DNA from: Octopus vulgaris
Lineage: Eukaryota
Reading direction: 5' to 3'
Length of the DNA: 64,000 bases
Assembly: GCA_951406725.2 (NCBI GenBank)
Contig: OX597819.1
Location: 105,772,001-105,836,000, forward strand
Made by a program: the position numbers and the translations under genes. The notes beneath the pieces are model-generated. The model saw only the letters and a list, made by a program, of their open reading frames with translations, searched no databases and was not told where the DNA came from. This document shows positions 1 to 13,600 of this stretch, one piece after another. Every line of letters begins with the position of its first letter. Position 1 is the first letter of the stretch.

Positions 1-316
1 TTGATCTGAGATCGTGTGCTGAAACGAAAACAATTGCAGCGTAGAAGGTGTTTATAAGACATTTAAGAAACACACAGAAGCCGTTCGATTCATTTCAACA
101 TTTAAGTTTGATTTGTCAAAATATTTTCGTCGCTTTAAGACCGCGACCTGTTCACTGACAAAAATCCGGCAGCACGGATTTTTGTCAGTGAACAGGTCGC
201 AGTATTAAAGCGACAAAGATATTTTGAGAAATTAAACTTAAATGTTGAAGTGAATCGAACGGCTTCTGTGTGTTTCTTAAATGGCTTACAAACACCTTCC
301 ACACTGCAATTGTTTA
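1..316. mobile_element. Palindromic (fold-back) pLTR-like element with G3-C8 hammerhead motifs; left end may run off the window
   Basis: About 27-168 is the reverse complement of about 175-316 around the centre atccg-gcagca-cggat. It abuts (TA)n/(CA)n. A second copy of the family is at 40570-40880. Confidence 0.75.
112..162 (-). ncRNA. Minimal type I hammerhead ribozyme-like motif, G3-C8 core
   Basis: Minus strand reads tttgtca GTGAACA g gtcgc-ggtcttaaa-gcgac GAA aatatt t tgacaaa: 7-bp helix I, 5-bp helix II, palindromic helix III, UUU triplet. Confidence 0.65.
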
Positions 317-341
317 TATATATATATATATATATATATCA

Positions 342-405
<64 letters not shown>

Positions 406-1117
406 ATATGTATATGTATATATGTTTCTGTCTATCAACCCTTTCAGGCTTATTCGTTCAATCCACTCTTCGTTCTTTCGTTTCCCTTCCCTCACATTTC
501 TTTGCCTTTTCTTCTTACTCACTTTCTCTCCACTTTTCACTTCACCGTGTGCCTGTGCTTTTTTCTCGCCCCTAATTAATTCTTCTATCTATCTGCTTCT
601 ACTTCTCTCTCATCTCTTCCCACGTGACCGCCGGTCAGCCTAGCCTATTCTTTCTTTCTTGGTCTGACCGCCGTCCGTGCAACACCGATATTCTTCCCTG
701 TGTTTGTGAAACTTCTGTATCTCTGCCGTAAGGCTTCATTTTCATACGCGCCAGCTTAATTCAATTCGTCCTTAGTCGAAAGACACCTGTTGTTATGTCC
801 TGTTATTATTTTATTGTATTTATTATCATATTTATATTCGTGTAACTTTGTCCGTTTTCTCCGTCCTTGTTTTTGTATACATTCGGTGCTTTCTTCCAAG
901 GAATGTAATGCTCTTCGCTTAGTTTTTCCTTGGGGTTGGCCAGATTGGAGTTATCTCAAGTATAATCAGCCGAAATTGTGGGGATAATCTTGTGCTTCAC
1001 TGAGGAAAGTTCTTGTTTTCTTTGTATCGTCTATCTGGATGTTTTGTTGTCCCACTTTTGTATCACCTAACTGTCCGTTTTGTGTTCTTGTCCCATTTCA
1101 TTGCAACTGTCCAACTT

Positions 1118-1167
<50 letters not shown>

Positions 1168-1176
1168 GCATATACA

Positions 1177-1208
<32 letters not shown>

Positions 1209-1380
1209 CATATACATATACATAAATATATATATACATATATATATACATATATATGCATACATATATACATATATATCTATACATATATATATATACA
1301 TATATATATATACATATATATCTATACATATATATGTATATATATATATATACATATATATGTATATATATATGTATATA

Positions 1381-1492
1381 AGGCTCGAAACGTTAAAGAC
1401 TTTTTCACTTCCCGAGTGTTATACTAATACATCTGTTTGTTGTCTACATCACCTGTCTTCGTCTTTTGTTTTTTGTTTTGTGAATACTCCCT
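1381..1492 (+). mobile_element. 5'-truncated pLTR-like fragment carrying only the 3' half of an HHR
   Basis: aggctcgaaacgttaaagac...acctgtcttcgtcttttg matches the copies at 31.9 kb and 61.3 kb; embedded in (TA)n. Confidence 0.6.
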
Positions 1493-2177
1493 ATATATAT
1501 AGATATATATCTATGTATATATAAATCTATGCTTTAAAGAAAGATATATTACACACCACTCACACACACACATACACACACACATACACACACACACATA
1601 CACACAAACATTCACACTTTGACTGAAGTGTCACCGCTGGAATGCTTTGACCATATGCTTACTTTGTCAGGGTTGATATCAAAGTAAATACCACTATCAC
1701 CAACACACAAGGCAGCCATCTTCAGCCGCCTCTTCTTCTCCTTCTTCTTCTCTTTCTTCTTCTCCTTCTTCTTCCTCCTCCTCCTCTCTCCGTCTTTCTC
1801 CACTTCCTCTTCATAATCGTCAATATCAAGAAGAACAAGAACAACAGTAACAATATCTACTATAATACATTCATAGTTATCTTCTATTTAATTCACACAT
1901 ACAGTAAGACCAACTATGTATGCAGCGTCGTTTACCTGTCTCTGTGTCTGTGTGTCTGCATTAGATATATGCATACTGATTTTGTTTTTAATCTCTGCGT
2001 GATTAAGATCACTGAATATTAGATAGAATTTTCATGTTTGTTTTTGCTCAGATGTACTCAATCGGTATTGATCTAGTCAGTTCCAACCGTGGCTATCTCA
2101 TTTTTAACCAGATATAGTACATAGAAGACTGAACACATTAGTCAATGCATCCATCCCTCCTATATCACTTTCGCTGC

Positions 2178-2278
<101 letters not shown>

Positions 2279-3529
2279 CGTCTGTCCTTCTATGTATGTA
2301 TTTGTCAGTCTCTTTGCCTCTCTACTTGTCTATTTCATAGAAGCAGGTTTTGTGATTGAATTTCGATTTAATTTATTATTCGCCACCCCATTTTACCACA
2401 GAATCTATGATCATATCCTTATGCCCGCAAGCCAACAAGGACCTTATTCGATTACTTCACTTCGCAAAACGAATAGACATATTTCACTTTAAATCATACT
2501 CGTTTCAAATTTTTGACTACGAGCGTGCACAGTACACAAGACTTTTCCTGTCAATTATATCTACCCCAGTATTTACTCTTCAGCTATATTATCGATCTAT
2601 TTTTTTTTTCTGACTGGCTAAAATCTGCCTTTCTAAACAGATACTCCACAAGGTACCTCTATTCAACGTAACGAAGAAAGTTGTAATTAAGCAATATATT
2701 TTTGTTTGACGCAACGATATGCACACACACGCACACAAACATATATATACATACATTTTTCCACTTATATTTTACGGACAATGTAATTGCTTACCTCGAG
2801 GCTATTATAGAAGACACTCGTCTAACGTGTCGCACGGTGAGATCGAATCTAGGACAACATGGTTGCAATACAAACTTAACCATACAGCCACGTCAGCACA
2901 TATTTTGAAACTACATATATATAGATATAATGATAAAAAATAAAATCTTTTCTGCTTTTTAAATAATTGTTTATAAGTACTTAGTCAGCTTTTACACTCA
3001 GATGAAATAAATACACTGCCTGTGTTGTATTTTTCTCAATTCGAATATAATAATTTTTTTTTTTTTTTTGTAGGAGAAAAAATGAGAGACAAAATGAGAA
3101 ACAAAGAAGAATGCAATCGCATTACTAAACTCAGTATGCTTGAAGTAACAAATTTATGTTTGGCTCGAGGTTGAAATGGATGTATTAAGACCTGCCATAA
3201 AAAGAATACCCCCACAAGATCATCCTTCTTTTTAACCATCGTCTACCTAATACTGTGTAATCCACTGTTGTCTCAGGTGTCTTTGTAAAGAGTGTGACTT
3301 AAAGAAAATTTGGTTACTATGTATAGCAAGTTGAGCGTTCACTCGCAGACTTCTTTGTTGATTGCTTTGCTGGTTTGTTGATCAGGAAACTGAAATGACT
3401 GGATGACTGGCGTAAGAATGTCTACTGAAAGTGGACTAATCCTGTATTTGTCTACTTTAAGCTGCTTAACTTTTCATCAAATCATAACTGTGCTCTTCGT
3501 TATGATATAACTGCACCAGGAGAGTTAGA

Positions 3530-4684
3530 TCATACTTCTGAGTACCTAGTAGCCTGGGTTGACACCAGCTGCAATTGGCCGACATCTGTAGCAATGAAAG
3601 ATCTGAAAAATATTCTGATGAATGTCTCTCTAAACTGTTTACTCATTGTGCAATACAATACGAAGTTGATGCCGTTGTTAATGAGTGTGAGAATATCAAG
3701 GGTATCTCCCAAATAGATGTAGTAATTGTTGAAGAAAGAGTTAAAAGTTCCAATCAATATAAATATACCATGTGGGGTTTCTGTTATAAGGAACAGCACT
3801 ACAACTGTCAGTAACATCTTTGTAGTTCGATTAGTTTTCCTTTCTCGACCGCTATCGTCATCTGTTCTGCCACTTCGACTTAACAGCCTCTTCCGTCTTA
3901 TCTCGACCTCTTGCATGGTTTTCACAAGTAATATACTCAAAACTGTCAAGAGTAAGCTTGGTAACAGCTTAAGGATAAATGCTTGCACCCAAAAGTTCAT
4001 CTTCTTGAGAATTCTCTCAGCTTCATTATTCTCCCTGAAATCAACATACCACATTGTTGAATTATGTCCTGCATTGCACTTGATTTCTAACGTTGCACTA
4101 TTAGGAACACATACTATAGTGGTAACTACGGTCACTAGAATTACTGCCAGTTTAGCTCTTGGTATACTGCACAAATAGGTGCCTTTGCGTGGATACCGAA
4201 TGAAAATGTACCGGAACAGAGCCAATGTAACTGTCAACCAAATTGAAATGGAATGTACAACAACGCTACATACAGCGTAGGCAAATAAAAAGCGGGCATC
4301 ACCAATACTGTCACGACTCTCCGGAGAATCTGGTCCATAGATGACATAATTGTTTAAAGCAAATGGGAAGTAGAGTGCCATTGTAAGTCCATCGCTAATG
4401 GCCAGTCCAGTCAGGATTATATTTGACGGAGAAATCATGTTTTTTCTTGTCAATACAATAATGTTGAGAATATTCGTGATGACTCCAAATATGCAAACGA
4501 TGGAAGCTACATAGCCATGAATGCCTGCGTACCAGTAGTGATAAGCCACTAATAAATTATTTGTATCAAGAGGTAATTCGTCTTCTGTTATGTTAGTGGC
4601 ATTATCATAGAAAAGGATCTCCGTTGAATTATCTTCATTAAAAATGTCTGATGGATACATCGGAGAATGTGTTATGGCCGACAT
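3530..4684 (-). CDS. Class A (rhodopsin-like) neuropeptide GPCR, FMRFamide/myosuppressin (DmsR-like)/sex-peptide-receptor-like; single coding exon
   Basis: 384-aa ORF with seven hydrophobic segments, N-terminal glycosylation sequons (NST, NAT, NIT), TM1 GVITN, TM2 LAISD, FRY in place of DRY, TM6 FLITETP, TM7 INFVLY and helix 8 SKQFRETF. Confidence 0.93.
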   Translation of the reverse strand: MSAITHSPMYPSDIFNEDNSTEILFYDNATNITEDELPLDTNNLLVAYHYWYAGIHGYVASIVCIFGVITNILNIIVLTRKNMISPSNIILTGLAISDGLTMALYFPFALNNYVIYGPDSPESRDSIGDARFLFAYAVCSVVVHSISIWLTVTLALFRYIFIRYPRKGTYLCSIPRAKLAVILVTVVTTIVCVPNSATLEIKCNAGHNSTMWYVDFRENNEAERILKKMNFWVQAFILKLLPSLLLTVLSILLVKTMQEVEIRRKRLLSRSGRTDDDSGRERKTNRTTKMLLTVVVLFLITETPHGIFILIGTFNSFFNNYYIYLGDTLDILTLINNGINFVLYCTMSKQFRETFIRIFFRSFIATDVGQLQLVSTQATRYSEV

Positions 4685-4919
4685 AATTTCTTGATGGATG
4701 TTTTTCTTAGAGTTATACGCTTCTATCGCTTTCTGAATTTTGTTTCCTTCACTTCTAATATATTTTACTTTTATTTATCAATTTAATTTTCTTTCATACA
4801 TTTATATACAGATTATGTTGTTTTACAATAAATTTCCATCTGCGGCAGCTTATCACTTTCTAGCTGGCATCCTTTCTCCTTATCTTTCCTCTGGAGTTTC
4901 TGTTGTTTTCATGAGACAA

Positions 4920-4945
4920 CTGAAAAGATAAAAAGAAAGACAGCA
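4920..4945 (-). promoter_or_regulatory. Probable 3' splice acceptor for the GPCR coding exon, implying a 5'-UTR intron
   Basis: Minus strand gctgtctttctttttatcttttcag|: polypyrimidine tract plus CAG about 235 nt upstream of the ATG. Confidence 0.6.
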
Positions 4946-5639
4946 TTAATTAATTGATAATTAATTGCTAAACATTTGGTATAAAGCCATACATTTTGAG
5001 GAAAGGTTATAGTCATTTATATGTAAGTGCTAGCTTAGCTATATGGTTAAGACGTTCGTTTCTCAACTACTAGGTTTTGGGTCCAATCCCACTGCATGGG
5101 ACCATAAATAAACGGCTTCCACTTCAGCAACGGATCGATCAAATCGACTGGAATTTGGTTGACAGAAACTGAGTGGATTCCTGTCGGAGGGTCTGTTTCT
5201 GTTCTTGGGTGGGAGACTAAATGTATCTTCCCGTTTAACAGTAACACCTAACTTTTGGGATGCTTTTATGGAATCGACTCTATTTCAAGTTTCAGGTCTT
5301 TTCTCCAGCAGTCAGAGTTTATCTTTCTACTCCCTAACCATTCTCAAGGTTCTAAAAGTGTTCACGAGTGCTATTATTCCTTCACTGTGTAAACCAATAA
5401 GAAAAAAAAGAAAATTAAAACAGCTAGTAAGAAAGTTAAATTCGATTGCTAATTCTTGACCGTTTTTTTTTTTGTTTTAGAATATTTAGGATAGAAAGCG
5501 AAGTCGATCATAGGGCGTTGGTAATTCAGAATATTCACCTACACCTGGATACGTCTTAGGCAACAACAACTCTCTGCTTCAGTGGCCCATGGTGTCTCGA
5601 AATAATTAATTAAAAGACTTACAGGTGGTGCTATTGATA

Positions 5640-6255
5640 ATGGACGAGTATCTCAAGTAATTTATAATCATTTAGAGTAAAGTGAATTTGAAATCTTATA
5701 ACGGTGATTGGGTAGCATGTCCGTACACTGAGTATTCCGTCATCAGACACAAGGTATGTATGAAAATTCCAGATAGGGAAATTCTCCTTTCTCTTCTATC
5801 TACTCACTCACAACCCACTTCTGTCTATCTTGCCTATCTTTCTCACTCTATATACCAATTTACACTTAATCCATTACTTCAACATGAACCCATCATTCAA
5901 AATACTGCTAAAATACTGTTTGGATATACCTGGGATTATACCTAAGGGCCCGTACCTTCACGGAAGTACGGACCAATCTCCATACCTCCTAGAAAAAGAT
6001 GAACTGTGAACTTTATTTGCCTGTCCATCTATTTTTACTCTTTATCTACGTTATTTCTCATAAACTGCAAATTTTCCTATCTGGAACTTTCATACATACT
6101 CACTTTGCCTCTGATGACGGAATACCCGGTGTACAGACATGCTCAGCTGCCACTTGGGATATCCTAGGAACAGCTGTAAGACTTTAAATTCACCTTACCC
6201 TAAGTTATTAAAAAATGACTTGAGATACCCGTCCTGCCTTGGTTTGTGTTGTCCT
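5640..6255. mobile_element. Inverted pair of pLTR-like HHR-bearing repeats (same family as 48460-48900)
   Basis: 5640-5770 is a partly deleted minus copy and about 5870-6250 is a plus copy. They share ctgatgacggaatac and gagtatctcaa with 48.5 kb. The plus HHR at 6107-6182 has GAAA changed to GGAA. Confidence 0.65.
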
Positions 6256-6282
6256 TTTCCTCTAACATGTATATATATATAT

Positions 6283-6907
<625 letters not shown>

Positions 6908-8470
6908 TGTATGTATGTATGTATGTATGTATGTATGTATGTATGTATGTATGTATGTATGTATGTATGCAGAAATCATGTAAATAATATACATATACGT
7001 GTGTCAACATACAAATATACATATATGTGCGTGTGTGTGCATGTTTGTGCGCGCGTGCGTATAAGTGCGTGTGTGTGTGCGTGCGTGTGAGTATGTGTAT
7101 AGCACTCATTCGCAGAGTTTCGTTTACTAAATTTCACTTTGTAGTGACCCAGAAGTTATTGCCAATGACAGTTCAAACCAGGGATCAGTGTAGGTACGAA
7201 GTGAAATTCAAGCAAAAAGTAAAACTTTATAGAAATTAATTTATTATTAGATATACATATTTATATAAATAAAACTAACCTCTGCTTTCATCTTAAATTC
7301 AAATGAAATCTATATTTTAAGAGAGCTCTTTAAACAAATTTAAAATGGAAGTTTTTGCTCCGTTTCCATTTCTATCTTTTGCATAAATTCACGAAGAGGG
7401 AGAAAAACAAACAAACAAAAAGACAAAAATATCAAAAGAAAAAAAGAAAAAACACAAACAAGCGAACAAACAGAACACTGTGTGATCTTACATCTCTGTA
7501 GGATACAAACAGTGTAATTAAAGCGAATTGTTTAAACTTGCAATCGTAATAGTATCGGTGACCAAATTTATCGAAAGCTTAGATCTTGCTCTGCATCACA
7601 CGCTACTGGCTATTAAATTACTCTTATATGATATCCAAGTATTTATAACGAAAGATATTTCTAAGAAAAATAATTAAATAGATGTTATAAATAACTCATG
7701 AACAATATTGATTTCTTCATCTCTTTTTCTCTTTTTTAGTTGTATTTGTTATCTTTATTCCGTACTAAAATTCGTTATTGAAACAAAATTGTTGCAGACG
7801 GAGTGATTTTCAGCTATTCGTTTGTGTACGATACAAACATTTTTTTGTGTTTGTTTTGGATCTTTACGTTCTGAGTTCAAATCCCGTCGAAATTTGCTTT
7901 TCATCTTTCCTAAGTTAATAAACAAATTAAGCCTTAAATATTGTAGTCATATTCTTTCTTTCTTTTTTTTTTTTGACAATCTCCCTTCTCACAAATTTTT
8001 TGGACGAATCCCTATATAAGAACCAATTACAATTACGAATTATTGTGTATAAATTTATTCTCTTCAAAAGTTCATTATTAAAGAGCGTGGCAGAATACCT
8101 TGCAGTAATTACGTTCAATTTTTTTCTTTCTTCATTCAAATCCTGGCAATGTCGACTATAGTTTCTCTTCATCTGAGGTTGATTAATTAAATTCCAGACC
8201 TGAACTTAAATCGCCATCGTAAACTGTCTTAGAAAATATTATTAATTATATAATTTCATTTGAATAAGTCAAGAGTAAAATTTGAAGAACTAAATATAAA
8301 TTCATATCAAATCTATGATTTTATTTTATAACTTCTTCACTGATGCACGAAATATATAGGAATCTAATTTCAAACAACGTAGAGTAAAAAACGTTATTTT
8401 GAAAACAGATATATTACGATTTGTTTAATTTCCTGTTTACCATTCGAGAATGACCTTTCCTGGAAACCAG

Positions 8471-8688
8471 TAGAAGGAATGAATGCAAAATAATTTATAT
8501 TACAGCTCTTTCAACTAATCAACCAAGATTGATGATCTGATGTTGACGAAGATCTGCTTAGATGAGCTATTCACATGCTGCTGGAATCCACTACTTATAT
8601 TTCTTATGTACCTTTATATTCTTATATGTATTTCTTATATATATATCACTTCAAAATGATATCCTTATTATGTTAATCCTACAGAAAT
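8471..8688 (-). repeat. Inverted partner of 6661-6878
   Basis: Reverse complement of 6661-6878. Confidence 0.8.
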
Positions 8689-9177
8689 AGCATTCAGAAT
8701 TCAGTGCAGTTTTATAGGCATATCCAATTAAATCTATTGTGGTGTTCATTCCACGCAGAGTTAGATGGATATAATATTCACATGGAATTCTGCCATTATT
8801 TCTAATTATTAGCATAACTATAGGTGGTAAGGTAGCACAAGCGTTAGAGTAATGGAAAATACCTTGTCGCATTTCACGTTCCGAGTTTAAATTCCAATGA
8901 AGTTAACATTGCCTTTCATCCTTTCGAGGCAGATAAATTGTATTATATATCTCATGAATCACATACAACCATACAACCCATCTTAAAAAAAGGGAACAAC
9001 ATTAGATCATGTAATCCTTGACACGACAACTACTATGCTAGATGTACACGTGAATAAAGGACCCCATAGATAGTTACCCGAGTTGGTAGAACTAGCAAAT
9101 TCAGTTATCTAAAGTGAGAAACTAACATATTAAGAGTTTGCATTGGACATACACACATACACACTATATATATATAA

Positions 9178-9365
9178 TTTTTTTCGTAATGAGATAAAAA
9201 ACTAAAGCTCAGTAGATTTTAGAACATTTATAGATAGAAGGTCTTACACCTGTTTCAGGATATTTATTATATCCCTTTATCCTGGAAACAGCTTTAAAAC
9301 TTTCTATCTATAAATGTCCTAAAATCTACTCAGCCTTGGTTTTTTTTATCCCATTACAAAAAACA
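9178..9365. mobile_element. Short fold-back pLTR-end element
   Basis: 9178-9265 is inverted relative to about 9282-9365. Both arms carry a decayed gaaacagctgtaagac HHR 3' half. Confidence 0.6.
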
Positions 9366-10555
9366 AAAAACAAAACAATTATATACACACGGTGACATAT
9401 GACCAACGTTGAATCCCTTATTCGCAAAATCACCGAACTTGGAACGTAACTATGGTCTATCTATAGCACTTATTCAGCATTACCTGGCACCTTTGGATCT
9501 CAAAGACATTATTACCTCTCATAATCTCTCTCTCTCTCTCTCTCTCTAAATATATATATATATTAATGTACACTGTTAAAATAGGGGTTACTAAAAGTTT
9601 CTTGCCATTTAGACACTGGGTTAGGCAGATTTTTATAAGGTGCTTTGTGGTTTCCAAGCAATCTCCAGTCTCAAGACACATGGTGTGTTCTATTTGAAAA
9701 ACAAGACACAGGCACTTGAGAAAACAGGTGGAAAATTGAGAAGTTTGATGCAAAAAGTGGAATGAGAAGACAAAAGGTAAAAAAAAAATGGAAGAAAGAG
9801 TATAAGAGTTACTTCTCTATTGACTGTAGAAATAATTAAATAGATGATGCAGAACAATTCAGCATTAAAATATTCAAAGTATAATAGTACATACACGCAT
9901 TTAGGTAAACAAGTGAGTATGGTGTTCATAGCAGTTAAAAATATATCTCTTGATATCTAAATATATGGAAAGCGTGTGACCGGAAATATTTTGATTATTG
10001 CGTGATCACAGCAGACTTGGGTTAAACGCTATGTACACACTTGGTATATAGAAAGGATTCTTATTGAAACTCATTTAAATATACTTTGGTAAGATAAATG
10101 CACGAATCATATGCATTACTATAATATATTGTTTTATTGGTTTATTATTATAATATTTCCACAGGAAGAGGGATGATATGGCAGAACCTGCTGCCTGAAG
10201 GACAAACTATCTTGCGTTGCTGACGTTCTGGTTTCAAATGCTAGAAAGATGAATTATTTTCCCCTTCAACCCCCCCGGAGTCAGTAAAATAAGTACCAGT
10301 GAATTAGTGTGTCGTTATAATCGAGTGCAAACTTTCCCTGAAATATGTGGTATTGCGCCTATGATCGAAATCAATAGTTGCTTTTAGGGAACGAGGTGGA
10401 TTGAAAGAACTAATTGTGTCATGGGAAAATGTTTCGCTGAATTTAATTGCTTTCCTGTAGCTTCCGAGATCAAGCTTCACCAAGTTCAATAAGATATTTT
10501 TCAGTTGACCACTACTACAGTCTACCGTGTTTTCTCTGTCAATATTCCCTCATGG

Positions 10556-11091
10556 GTTCTGAGTTCAAATTCCGACGAGGTCGACATTACCTTTCATCCT
10601 TTCGGGGTCGATAAATTAAGTACCAGTTACGCACTGGGATCGATGTAATCGACTTAATCCCTTTGTCTGTCCTTGTTTGTCCCCTCTGTGTTTAGCCCCT
10701 TGTGGACAATAAAGAAATAAGAAACTTTAGCACGCCTGGCGAACTGCTTAGCGGTATTTCGTCGGAGTTCAAATTCCGCCGAGGTCGACTTTGCCTTTCA
10801 TCCTTTCGTGGTCGAGTAAATAAGTACCAGTTACGAACTGGTGTCGATGTGATCGACTTAATCCGTTTGTCTGTCCTTGTTTGTCCTCTCTGTGTTTAGC
10901 CCCTTGTGGGTAGTAAAGAAATAGGTATTTCGTCTGTCTGTATGTTCTGAGTTCAAATTCTGCAGAGGTCAACTTTGCCTTTCATATTTTCGGGGTCGAT
11001 AAATTAAGTACCAGTTGCGTACTGGGGTCAATCTAATCGAATGGCATCCTCCCCCAAAATTTCCGGCCTTGTGTCTAGAGTAGAAAAGAAT
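10556..11091 (+). mobile_element. Three head-to-tail family A SINE copies
   Basis: The gagttcaaattcc...ctttcat core occurs three times (about 10560, 10766 and 10950); the third copy has a different tail. Confidence 0.8.
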
Positions 11092-11838
11092 ATATCCTCA
11101 TGGGATTTGAATTGTGTGATTTTACGTTTCATCGTTTCGAGTTCTCAAAATTATGGATATGGTACTGTGTTACTTGATGATAACACTTAAATATAAAAAT
11201 ATTCTTGCATATATTTAAGAGAAATGAATAAACATTATGGGCACGTTGGAGCATGTTTGGCAGTAGATAGAGACAAACCGCTGCGTTATTATTAGACCTC
11301 TACGGCGAAGTAGCATCTTTATCAATACTGCAAAAAGAAGTTGACTCAAGCAGAAACATGCAATGCAAAACTTAAATAACAATAAGTATCTCCTTTGTTA
11401 AAAAATTGCGGCTTCTATGTATGTATGTATGTATGTATGTATGTATGTATGTATGTATGTATGTAGCTGTCTGTCTCTTTATACACACACACATATCGGG
11501 CTGGTCAGTGGATCTAAGTAGAGGGCAGACCAAAGATTTGATTAGCCTCAGCTGGTGGGTCAATTAGGCAAGGGATTATAATATTGGAACAACTGAAACC
11601 ACATATGGCCTCAGCAACAACATTGCTAATGCGTTCTAGTGCATCCAAGAGATGTAACACAGAAACATTTTGAAACTCACACACACACACTCACAGTCAC
11701 ACACACACAACCTGTCCACTCAAGGAAACTGAATCCTCAACTTGTCCCATTTACCAAATGGTTTGCAAGGCACCAGCAGGCCATATTCACGTCCACACAC
11801 ACACACGCACACACGCACACACGCACACACACACACAT

Positions 11839-11872
<34 letters not shown>

Positions 11873-11898
11873 GTACAGACACGCACACACACACAAAA

Positions 11899-12115
11899 AG
11901 GCGAGCTAGCAGAATCGTTAGCACACGGATAAAATACTTAGCGGCATTTTGTCTTTAAGTTCTGAATTCAAATTCCCTCGAGGTCGACTTTGCCTTTCAT
12001 TATTTCGGGGAGGGGGGGTTCGATAAATTAAGTACCAGTTGCTTACTGAGGTCGATCTAATTGACTGACCCCACTCCAAACGTTTCGTGCCTTTTGCCTA
12101 GAGTAGAAAAAGAAT
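11899..12115 (+). mobile_element. SINE family A with the alternative tail
   Basis: Head ggcgagctagcagaatcgttagcac, conserved core, tail ctagagtagaaaaagaata. Confidence 0.75.
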
Positions 12116-12781
12116 ACATATGTTTGGTTTGCTTTTGCTATTTAATTGTACAATTCCCTCTCACACTCACGTTTACTGCTACCATTTTATCGACCATGTA
12201 TTTTTGAATGTGTCTACTTTGCGTTGTGTGTTCGTGTGTATATATGTGTGTGTGTGTGCATGTGTGTGTGTGTGTCCGTCCGCGTGCATGTTTGTGTGCA
12301 TTTGTGTACATTTATATATGGATGGAGAATATATAATGCTTTTTATCTTCACTTCATTCTCTCAATTCTTTCTTTCTTTCTTTCTTGCTTTCTTTCTTTC
12401 TTTCGGTACGTACTTGTGCATGCCAATAGGTGTGCGTGCGCATTTGTTAGCTCTTCTCAACTGACCCCGGTTAAGAGCCAGTTTGGGAGGTCGGCCAGTT
12501 GTGTAACCTTGTCTATCCGACATCACGGTTAAATATCTTTCGTATCGTCTATATTTTCCACGTCTTAGAAACAAACTACATGTAGGGCAAACTGCACAGT
12601 TATAGGCTTATATAGTATAGAGTACTTTCTCTCCCATTGGGTAAAACCAACTATTTTACACATATACAAACAACTGTATATATACTTATATGTATACACA
12701 CACACAGACACATATATATAAACATATACGAACAAACGTATATACATATGTACATACATACTTGAAGAACCATATCAAACA

Positions 12782-12831
<50 letters not shown>

Positions 12832-12840
12832 AAGAGAGAG

Positions 12841-12903
<63 letters not shown>

Positions 12904-12997
12904 AAGAGAGAGAGAGAGAGAAAAACATGCTTTTGGTTTATTCAAATTGATTTTCAAAATACTTTACTACACTGATACATATATATATATATATATA

Positions 12998-13305
12998 TCA
13001 CTGTAACCACCGTGATCATCGTGACCGACCGGGCTATCAGATGTTACTACACATCGCTGGTCACAATACGCTTCGCATTGTTTTAGCCTTCAAATGACGC
13101 CATCCCGCTGGTTAAGCAAGCAGGCCAACAGAAGAAAGAGTGAGAGAAAGTTGTAGCGAAAGAGTACAGCAGAGATCGCCACCACCCCTACCGGAGTGTC
13201 GTGGGGCTTTAGGTGTTTTCACTTAATAAACACTCACAACGCCCAGTCTGGAAATCGAAACCGCGATCCTACAACCGCGAGTCCGCTGCCCTAACCACTG
13301 CACCA
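12998..13305 (-). mobile_element. tRNA-derived SINE, family B
   Basis: Reverse complement of 48929-49220, with the tRNA-like head cagtggttagggcagcggactcgc...ggtttcgattcc. Confidence 0.8.
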
Positions 13306-13342
13306 TTACATATATTACATATATACACACATATATGTATAC

Positions 13343-13404
<62 letters not shown>

Positions 13405-13407
<3 letters not shown>

Positions 13408-13600
13408 GTTAATCCAAACAAGAAAACACAAAATAACACAACAACGCGAGGACGTGGAACAAATAAAGTATTATTGGACGCTCAGGAAAGGAGGGAAGAA
13501 GGAGGGTTTAACGTTTCGCGCGGAGCTCTTCGTCGGAAACATAGGAGAAGGGAAGATAGAGGAAAAAAATCGCCAGCGGTACTCACGAGGTCACATATTG
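13405..13600 (-). mobile_element. pLTR-like repeat with CCGACGA hammerhead motif (copy 1)
   Basis: Direct repeat of 13941-14157; HHR motif at 13506-13540 with one helix II mismatch. Confidence 0.65.

Noticed and set aside
3575-4178. Plus-strand ORFs overlapping the GPCR
   Set aside because: Antisense shadows of the real coding frame.
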